Under the pieces are notes generated by a model. It was not told the DNA's origin and did no database searches. It saw nothing but the letters and a program-made list of their open reading frames with translations. From an uncultured Gammaproteobacteria bacterium (GTDB taxonomy: Bacteria; Pseudomonadota; Gammaproteobacteria; Chromatiales; Chromatiaceae), in NCBI GenBank assembly GCA_963753845.1, contig CAVWEI010000029.1:125-64124 (forward strand): 64,000 bases of DNA, written 5' to 3'. Numbering within the stretch: the first letter of the stretch is position 1; each line of letters starts with the position of its first letter. The translations under genes were made by a program, and so were the position numbers. This document shows, piece by piece, positions 57,375 through 64,000 of this stretch.

Positions 57375-58445
57375 ATGCCGATCGTCGCCCACAATGCACT
57401 GCCCACCTTCGAGCGCCTGCGCCAGGAAGGTTTCAATGTCCTCCAGGCCGACCGTGCCCTGCACCAGGATATCCGCGAGCTCCATATCGGCCTGCTCAAC
57501 ATGATGCCGGACAAGGCCCTGGCAGCGACCGAGCGCCAGTTCTTCCGCCTGGTCGGTGACAGCAACCCGATCGCGCAGTTCTACGTACATCCCTTTACCC
57601 TTCCCGAACTCGAGCGTGGCAAAGCGGCAAGGACGCATGTCGAGAAGTATTACGACACCTTCGGTCAGGTGCGCGAGCAGGGGCTGGATGCCCTGATCAT
57701 CACCGGAGCCAATGTCGTGGGCCCGGCCCTGTCGCAGCAGCCGTTCTGGCAACCACTGATCGAGGTCATCGACTGGGCCTTCGAAAACGTCACCTCGACC
57801 CTTTGCAGTTGCCTGGCCACGCATGCGGTGCTGGAGTTTCGTTATGGGCAGCGCCGGACACCGAGGCCGGTCAAGACCTGGGGGGTGTTCCCACACCATC
57901 TGGTCGACAAGGGTCACCCACTGGTCTGCGACACCAACACCCGCTTCGACGTGCCTCATTCGCGCTGGAATGATATTTCGCGTGCGCAGTTCGATTCAGC
58001 GGGTCTGCATGTGTTGGCAGAGAGTGACGTGGGCGTGCACCTGGCCACCAGTCCGGATGGTTTCCGGTTCGTCTTTTTTCAGGGACACCCGGAGTACGAT
58101 ACCAGCTCCCTGTTGAAGGAATACAAGCGCGAAGCCTTTCTGTATGCGGAAGGCGAGCGTTCGTCATTCCCTCCCTTCGTCGATCATTACTTCTCCGAGC
58201 GCGACAAGGCGATCCTGCGTGAATACCATTCCAGGTTGGATGAATCTCTCGCGGCGGGGCAGGGCATCCCCGAGTTTCCCGATGATCTTCTGATCAGCGG
58301 GCTGGACAATACCTGGCGGGATACTGCGCACGCAGTCGTCGGCAACTGGGTGGGGTTGGTCTACCAGCTTACCCACCGTGACCGCCGCAAGCCGTTCATG
58401 GATGGGATCGACCCGGATGATCCGCTTGGGTTGAAGGGTCGTTGA
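57375..58445 (+). CDS. metA: Homoserine O-acyl(succinyl)transferase
   Basis: IGLLNMMPD, ATERQF, LIITGA, CSCLA, PHSR, GHPEYD. Confidence 0.92.
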   Translation: MPIVAHNALPTFERLRQEGFNVLQADRALHQDIRELHIGLLNMMPDKALAATERQFFRLVGDSNPIAQFYVHPFTLPELERGKAARTHVEKYYDTFGQVREQGLDALIITGANVVGPALSQQPFWQPLIEVIDWAFENVTSTLCSCLATHAVLEFRYGQRRTPRPVKTWGVFPHHLVDKGHPLVCDTNTRFDVPHSRWNDISRAQFDSAGLHVLAESDVGVHLATSPDGFRFVFFQGHPEYDTSSLLKEYKREAFLYAEGERSSFPPFVDHYFSERDKAILREYHSRLDESLAAGQGIPEFPDDLLISGLDNTWRDTAHAVVGNWVGLVYQLTHRDRRKPFMDGIDPDDPLGLKGR

Positions 58446-58484
58446 TCTTGTTCATGTGATGACGCTGATCCGTTGGATTTGATG

Positions 58485-59010
58485 AGCGCTGTCGCGAGGG
58501 TTATTTTTGAAAGCGCTGGGCTCAGCGCGCCAGCCCTTCTTTTCTTTGCTTGCCCAAAGAAAAGAAGGCAAAAGAAAGGCACCCCCACGGCTTGGTCTGC
58601 GCTTCGCTCCGACTCCCCTGCGCTCCTCGGCCAAAACCGGCGCTGCGGAACTCACCACGCTTCGCGTGGCTCAGACAGTCCTCGCGCTGATCGGTTTTGA
58701 CCTGCGGTGCTCGGCTGCACCAAGGGGGATAGGGTACTCCGTAGCCTGATCAGTGCACCCCCGGTCCCGTTGACGCCGCCGAGCATCGCAGCGCTTTCCG
58801 GGAGAAGCGCGTGCATGTCTGACCGACCGCAGGGAGGGAGTTCACGCGCGCCGGAAAGGGCGAGAAGCGCAGGGAACCCCTTGCGTCAGCAAGGGGCAAG
58901 TCGTCGGGGGTCTTTTTCTTTGGTTCGTTTCTTTTGGACAAGCAAAAGAAATGAATGCGGGTGCGCTCCGCCGAGCGCGTCTGAATCAAGTTCGCGCGAT
59001 AGCGCGAACA
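58485..59010. repeat. Structured intergenic element: two diverged ~245-bp units in inverted orientation
   Basis: 58485-58728 and the reverse complement of 58758-59007 share ordered motifs TTTGCTTGYCCAAA, AAAGAAA, CCCTGCGCTYCTCG, CCGGCGC, GAACTC, TCAGACA, CTGCG.TGCTCGGC. Confidence 0.8.
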
Positions 59011-59059
59011 AAAAAGCCCACTGTCGAGCGAGCCTCGTTGCTTAGCGTGAACAACTCAC

Positions 59060-59626
59060 TCAATCGCGATAACTGCGCGCAATCCAGTAATCGACACTGA
59101 AATACCTGCCGGCACCTATAAAGAACAGGGCCAGCAGCATGATGAAGTAGGTCGCGGCAAACTCGATACCGTTGTTGAGGATGACGAATTCACCCGAGCC
59201 GGTCAGCCATTCGAAGTTGCTGTTCTGCTGCAGCAGTGTGTTGGCAGCAGCCAGGCGTTCCGCGGCCTCCGGTGTTTCGGCGATCGCGGCCCAGCCGTTT
59301 TGCCAATGCACCGTCACCGCGGCCACAACCATGGTGACCATCAGGGGTATCGAGATCCAGCGGGTGGCCAGACCGACCAGCAGCAGGACGGCAGCACCGG
59401 CCTCGGTCAGCGCCGCTGCCCAGGCCATCAGCTCGGGCATCGGCAGGCCGAGCCCCCAGTCCGGGTTGCCGAACCAGGCGATGGTGCTGTCCATGTCGTC
59501 GAGCTTCGTGGTCCCGGCCATCCAGAGTACGGGTACGAGATAGAGCCGCATCGCCAGGGGCGCGAGAAAATCAAGCGCCCGAAGGCTGTCGAGCAGGTCT
59601 TGAAGACGGTTCAACAATCCGATCAT
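59060..59626 (-). CDS. DoxX-family membrane protein (HvfX-like)
   Basis: LAMRLYLVPV.WMAG, WFGNPDWGLGLP, GLATR, VHWQNGW, NNGIEFAATY. Confidence 0.88.
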   Translation of the reverse strand: MIGLLNRLQDLLDSLRALDFLAPLAMRLYLVPVLWMAGTTKLDDMDSTIAWFGNPDWGLGLPMPELMAWAAALTEAGAAVLLLVGLATRWISIPLMVTMVVAAVTVHWQNGWAAIAETPEAAERLAAANTLLQQNSNFEWLTGSGEFVILNNGIEFAATYFIMLLALFFIGAGRYFSVDYWIARSYRD

Positions 59627-59689
59627 GATGTTCCCCAGGTTTCTTGCAGGTATTTCCCGCCTGACATCTCGCCGGGAGACCGGCTGCCC

Positions 59690-60469
59690 TCAGGCCTTGG
59701 TACCCAGAATCACGCTGCGGCGACGCAGGTCGTCGAAGAGTTTCTGGCCCGCCTCGACCAGTACATCCCTGTTCGGGTGAGCCAGTTCCCCGGCGATCGT
59801 GTTCAGTACATCCAGACCGGACTGTGCGGGGTTTTCTTTCAATAGCTGCAGCAGGCGCTGGGTGACTGCATTGATCTGAAGGAAGTGCACCTCGTCGAGG
59901 AGGTCGCGATAGACCACCAGGTGGGTGGGTTCCGGCGGCTTTTCGGTCGGCAGGTGCTCGGGTCCGAGGGTGTGGACGGGCCAGCTGTAGGTCAGGTTCC
60001 ACGCCGTGGGTGCGACCACGGGACACCCTGACAGCAGGTCCCCGTTGGGATCGAACTCGCCGAGCTGCTCGTCGGCCGTGCTGATCGCAACGGCCAGTTC
60101 CACATACTCGTAGTGCGCAAGTTCGAGCATGAACGGCAAGTCGTCAGGATGCGGCTCGCGTTCCTGTTGAAGGTATTCGAGAAACTCCTCGCCGACCTTG
60201 GTAAACAATGGCGTCGCGCTTCGGTGCCTGACCATGAAGTCCCGCACCATGGCATGCCAGTGCGCGTCGCTGCTGATTTGTCGCAGGACCGGGAAGTTTC
60301 CCGCAAGTTGGTCGTTGATGTTGTTGAAAAAGATCTCGGTGTAGATCGCCATGCGGCGGGCCGGGATGCCTTCGGGGAGTGGGCTGCCGTCCGGGTCGCG
60401 GATATGGGCCGTGAACGCCAGCTGTTGTTGCTGGAAATGCGGCAGCGTCTCTTCAGGCGACGATTGCAC
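59690..60469 (-). CDS. DUF2063 (HvfC/BufC-like) RiPP partner protein
   Basis: [43 protein letters not shown]. Confidence 0.9.
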   Translation of the reverse strand: MQSSPEETLPHFQQQQLAFTAHIRDPDGSPLPEGIPARRMAIYTEIFFNNINDQLAGNFPVLRQISSDAHWHAMVRDFMVRHRSATPLFTKVGEEFLEYLQQEREPHPDDLPFMLELAHYEYVELAVAISTADEQLGEFDPNGDLLSGCPVVAPTAWNLTYSWPVHTLGPEHLPTEKPPEPTHLVVYRDLLDEVHFLQINAVTQRLLQLLKENPAQSGLDVLNTIAGELAHPNRDVLVEAGQKLFDDLRRRSVILGTKA

Positions 60470-61325
60470 CGCGCGCCTCCTGCCATCTGCGCTGGCGTTT
60501 TACGATCTCATCGACCTCGCCGAGCAGCTCGGCCAGAGGTGGAATATTGAAGTCGCGTTCCAGGAGTGTGGGGAAGACACCGTACAGGGTGTAGGCCTCG
60601 TCCAACAGGTCCCAGACCTCGGGCAACACGTCTTCACCATGGGTGTCCACGCGCAGGTCGTCTTCCTCGCGGTAATGTCCCGCGATGTGCGCATACAAGA
60701 TGCGATCGGCCGGGATGCCTGCAAGGTAGTCGCGCGCATCGAAGCCGTGGTTGATGCTGTTGACGAAGATGTTGTTGATGTCGAGATGGAAGCCACAGTC
60801 GGCTTCGCTGACCACGGCATTCAGGAATTCGAGTTCCGTCATCTCGCCCGCGGGCGCTGCATAGGTGGAGACATTCTCCATACCGATGCGTCGCTCCAGA
60901 ACGTCTTGCACGTGACGTATGCGCCCGGCGACGTGATGTACAGCCTGCTCGGTAAAGGGTATCGGCATCAGATCGTAAAGCTGCCCGGTGTCGCCGCAAT
61001 ACGAAAGGTGTTCGGTATAGGCCCTCGCCTGGTGCCGGTCGAGGAAGTCCTTGAGGTCGAGCAGGAAGGCGTCGTCCAGCGGGGCAGGGCCACCGATCGA
61101 CAACGACAGGCCGTGGCATACCAGAGGATAACGCTCGCTGAGGCTGCGCAGTGCCTTGCCCCGTGCCCCACCCACCCGGATCCAGTTTTCCGGTGCGATT
61201 TCTAGGAAGTCGACCGTGGACGGTGGATTTTCCCGGAGTTCCCCGATCAGGTCATGCCGCAGGCCGAGCCCTGCACCGTCAACCGGGTACTTCGCAATTT
61301 TCCGAGTGCGGCTGGTATCGCTCAT
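60453..61325 (-). CDS. DUF692 multinuclear non-heme iron oxidase (MNIO, HvfB/BufB-like)
   Basis: [52 protein letters not shown]. Confidence 0.95.
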   Translation of the reverse strand: MSDTSRTRKIAKYPVDGAGLGLRHDLIGELRENPPSTVDFLEIAPENWIRVGGARGKALRSLSERYPLVCHGLSLSIGGPAPLDDAFLLDLKDFLDRHQARAYTEHLSYCGDTGQLYDLMPIPFTEQAVHHVAGRIRHVQDVLERRIGMENVSTYAAPAGEMTELEFLNAVVSEADCGFHLDINNIFVNSINHGFDARDYLAGIPADRILYAHIAGHYREEDDLRVDTHGEDVLPEVWDLLDEAYTLYGVFPTLLERDFNIPPLAELLGEVDEIVKRQRRWQEARGAIVA

Positions 61326-61386
61326 GGCGCGGTCCCGTGTGTGTGATCACAGGCCCCTGGTGACCGGGACCCTGTACCCGCAGTGA

Positions 61387-61414
61387 GACGGCGGGCCCTT
61401 GGAGGCCCGCCGTC
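61387..61414 (-). terminator. GC-rich hairpin between precursor gene and MNIO gene
   Basis: GACGGCGGGCC-CTTGGA-GGCCCGCCGTC, 11-bp stem, no U-tract on either strand. Confidence 0.55.
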
Positions 61415-61435
61415 AGGGGTCAGACGCTGGCCGGT

Positions 61436-61840
61436 CTACTTCTTGGAGCCACCGCACTTGCCGGCGCCACACTTGCCTTCGGCGGGTTTATCGGTGGGCA
61501 TGGAGCCACCGCACTTGCCTTCTGCGGCCTTCTCGGTGGACATGGAGCCGCCGCACTTGCCGGCACCGCACTTGCCTTCTGCGGCCTTCTCGGTGGACAT
61601 GGAGCCGCCGCACTTACCTTCGGCAGGCTTGGAACCACCACACTTGCCTTCTGCAGGTTTGTCGGTGGACATGGAGCCGCCACATTTGCCTTCGTTGCCC
61701 GCGATCTGCGCGTAGCCACCATTCAGTTCGGACAGACCGAACGGGTTGCTGGCCGCACTGGCGGAGCCTGCCAGCATCATCGAGCCAACGAAAGCGGCAC
61801 CAATGGCTGCGGCAACGGGTTTCATGGTTGTCTTGGACAT
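61436..61840 (-). CDS. HvfA-like (oxazolin-type) EGKCG-repeat RiPP precursor
   Basis: Signal peptide ..ASA-ASNPF..GY, six EGKCG and two AGKCG motifs, GAGGA RBS. Confidence 0.92.
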   Translation of the reverse strand: MSKTTMKPVAAAIGAAFVGSMMLAGSASAASNPFGLSELNGGYAQIAGNEGKCGGSMSTDKPAEGKCGGSKPAEGKCGGSMSTEKAAEGKCGAGKCGGSMSTEKAAEGKCGGSMPTDKPAEGKCGAGKCGGSKK

Positions 61841-62057
61841 CTTCACTTTCCTCATGAGTTGGTATTGTGTGGGACGCCGGCGAAAGGTGCCGGTCAATCG
61901 CCAGTTCTTCTTCGATCGCACGGTTACTGCCTGTTCCCAGCATCCAACCGCTTGATTCAAAAGATTCTTTTTTTCCCGAATTTCCGGATACGCCGTATCT
62001 GACGCGCATCTCCGCTCTGGGTTCAACGTTAAAGACCGGGGGCCTTTGCGGTTTATT

Positions 62058-62483
62058 TCACCTTCCTAGTTTTTTCAGACATTCCAGGTAGCCGCGTTCG
62101 TCGGGTGCTGTGCCGGCGCGTTGCGCCTCCCAAAGGGCAACCCCCAGGCAGTCCATCATGGCGTGTTCGGCGGCATGTTGATCTCCGAAGCGGGCGACGA
62201 TCTGCTGGTAGCTGCTGCGGATCCCGGCCGGGCGGTCCGTGCCCAGCTGCTCGGCCAGGGTGATGTGCATACCCATGTGCAGCCAGGGGTTCGTCTGACC
62301 CTGCTCCGGGGTGAAGTCACGATCGAGCTGCTCCGCATCACTCAGGTAGACGTGATACTCGGGATGCTGCTCCACCACCTGCGCAACCAGCTGTTCGAGT
62401 GGCTGCAGAGACTGCCCGTCCAGCCGCTTCTGCCAGCTGGTCTGAAAAAAACGGCGGAGTTCTTCGCGGTTCTGTCCGAACAT
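62058..62483 (-). CDS. DUF1841 family protein
   Basis: REELRRFF..W, HPEYH, NPWLHMGMH..EQL..DRP.GI, AEH..MDCL..LWEAQR. Confidence 0.88.
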   Translation of the reverse strand: MFGQNREELRRFFQTSWQKRLDGQSLQPLEQLVAQVVEQHPEYHVYLSDAEQLDRDFTPEQGQTNPWLHMGMHITLAEQLGTDRPAGIRSSYQQIVARFGDQHAAEHAMMDCLGVALWEAQRAGTAPDERGYLECLKKLGR

Positions 62484-62636
62484 CGGTTGCACCGGCGTCT
62501 GTTGATAAGGCGGCATGGTGCCACATCGGGCACCAATGCCAGAAGCCTCGAAAGGCCAAATCGTGCGTGAATCAAACCGCGAAGATACAGCGGCTATTCG
62601 GGCGAGCGCGCTGGATACCCGAGCGAGGAGACCAGA

Positions 62637-63269
62637 TCACCCGGTCTTGTGACGGTATTCACACAGGTCCTCTATCAGGCAGGAGCCACAGCGCGGTTTG
62701 CGTGCGATGCAGGTATAGCGGCCGAGTAGTATCAGCCAGTGATGGGCATCGATCAGGAACTCTTTCGGGACCAGACGCAGCAGACGCTTTTCCACTTCGA
62801 GCACTGTCTTGCCGGCTGCGATACCGGTGCGGTTCGAAACCCGGAAGATGTGTGTGTCGACCGCCATGGTGGGCTGGCCGAACGCCGTGTTGAGGACGAC
62901 GTTGGCGGTCTTGCGGCCGACACCCGGCAGTGCCTCCAGCGACGACCGGTCCGCCGGGACCTGGCCGTCGTGCTCGCGGACCAGTATCTCGCAGGTCCTG
63001 ATGATGTTTTCCGCCTTGCTGTTGAACAGCCCGATGGTCTTTATGTAGGACTTGAGGCCGTCGACGCCAAGCGCAAGGATCGCCTCGGGCGTGTTGGCGA
63101 CCGGGTAGAGCAGTGCCGTTGCCTTGTTGACGCCCTTGTCGGTTGCCTGGGCCGAGAGAATCACGGCGATCAGCAACTCGAACGTGCTGGTGAAGTTCAG
63201 CTCCGTGGTGGGCTTGGGGTTGGCGGTGCGCAGGCGCTCAAAGATCTGCTGCCGTTTCGCCTTGTTCAT
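62637..63269 (-). CDS. nth: Endonuclease III
   Basis: LSAQATD, LPGVGRKTANVVLN, VDTHIFRV, C-x6-C-x2-C-x5-C. Confidence 0.97.
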   Translation of the reverse strand: MNKAKRQQIFERLRTANPKPTTELNFTSTFELLIAVILSAQATDKGVNKATALLYPVANTPEAILALGVDGLKSYIKTIGLFNSKAENIIRTCEILVREHDGQVPADRSSLEALPGVGRKTANVVLNTAFGQPTMAVDTHIFRVSNRTGIAAGKTVLEVEKRLLRLVPKEFLIDAHHWLILLGRYTCIARKPRCGSCLIEDLCEYRHKTG

Positions 63270-63332
63270 GTGTCCGGATCCGGTTGATTTTCCGGGGTGT
63301 ACAAAAGGTGTGGCATTGCGTGCCTGGCAAGG

Positions 63333-64000
63333 TCAGGCGGAGACCGGTGCGGCCCCGGGTACGGCCGCCGCTTTGCGTTTGCCCAGCTGTTTGTCGATGA
63401 TGTTCTTGAGCGCGATCATGGTGCCGAGTCCCATGAAGGCACCGGGCGGCAATATGGCCAGCAAGGCACCGGGATAGTCCTCGTCAATGGTCCACCGCCA
63501 GTCCCTGGCGACCTCGCCGAACATCAGCTGGGCACCGTCGAACAGCGTGCCCTGGCCGATCAGTTCGCGGCTGCCGCCGAGCACCACCAGGGCGAGGGTG
63601 AAGCCGATCCCGATCGCAAGGCCATCGACCAGTGCTCGTGGTACCGGGTTGCGCGATGCGAAGGCCTCGGCGCGACCGATGATTGCGCAGTTGGTCACGA
63701 TCAGCGGTATGAATATACCCAGCACCTTGTACAGGCCGTGGAAATAGGCGTTCATCACCAGTTCGACCGTGGTCACGAACGAGGCGATGATCAGGACAAA
63801 AACCGGCAGGCGTATCTCGGGGCGCACCCAGTTGCGGATCATCGACACCGAGACGTTCGACATGACCAGCACCAGGGTGGTCGCAAGCCCCAGACCCAGT
63901 CCGTTGATCAGGGTGTTCGAAACCGCCAGCAGGGGACACAGGCCCAGCAGCGCGACCAGCGCCTGGTTGTTGGACCACAGTCCATCGAGCACGATCCTCC
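63333..64000 (-). CDS. rsxE: Rnf/Rsx electron transport complex subunit E (start outside window)
   Basis: [31 protein letters not shown]. Upstream of nth as in rsx operons. Confidence 0.95.
   Translation of the reverse strand, partial: RIVLDGLWSNNQALVALLGLCPLLAVSNTLINGLGLGLATTLVLVMSNVSVSMIRNWVRPEIRLPVFVLIIASFVTTVELVMNAYFHGLYKVLGIFIPLIVTNCAIIGRAEAFASRNPVPRALVDGLAIGIGFTLALVVLGGSRELIGQGTLFDGAQLMFGEVARDWRWTIDEDYPGALLAILPPGAFMGLGTMIALKNIIDKQLGKRKAAAVPGAAPVSA

Noticed and set aside
58452-59045. Short ORFs within the structured intergenic element
   Set aside because: They are low-complexity translations of palindromic DNA with no RBS or family motifs.
61440-61700. Repeated CCGCACTTGCC motifs as CRISPR or ncRNA array
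   Set aside because: They encode GKCG repeats of the RiPP precursor and vary at synonymous positions.
1-64000. tRNA, rRNA or riboswitch genes
   Set aside because: None recognised by eye. tRNAscan-SE/Infernal would be needed to exclude them, especially in 17020-17430 and 23730-24680.

Overview
GC-rich gammaproteobacterial chromosome segment. Gene content suggests a Chromatiales/Sedimenticola-like sulfur oxidiser (inference). 1-17 kb is an accessory, decaying region. It holds a frameshifted four-gene DDE-integrase/ExeA-ATPase transposon with a duplicated end and a sulfane-sulfur module (persulfide dioxygenase, rhodanese-DUF2892, and a divergent exported cupredoxin with sulfur-globule-like GYGAPYG repeats). 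It also holds an intact IS5, IS4/ISL3/IS91 debris, a TIR-TM protein and DUF429. 17-33 kb is an ion/phosphate block (CASTOR/POLLUX-like channel, two MscS, Na/Pi cotransporter, CHAD, Lys-rich proteins). 33-48 kb has an efflux operon, an Mla/Pqi-like MCE ABC operon, a cpATP-grasp/alpha-E/transglutaminase cluster and a second Na/Pi cotransporter. 49.5-52.7 kb is the best candidate for a new system: an ASK1-like deoxyribohydrolase-TPR-SLOG protein paired with a CapV-like patatin. The end of the window has housekeeping genes (LysM-BON, NlpC, YceI/YceJ, MFS, metA, nth, rsxE), a structured inverted intergenic element and an EGKCG-repeat MNIO (DUF692) RiPP cluster. All family calls come from motif recognition by eye; no searches were run.
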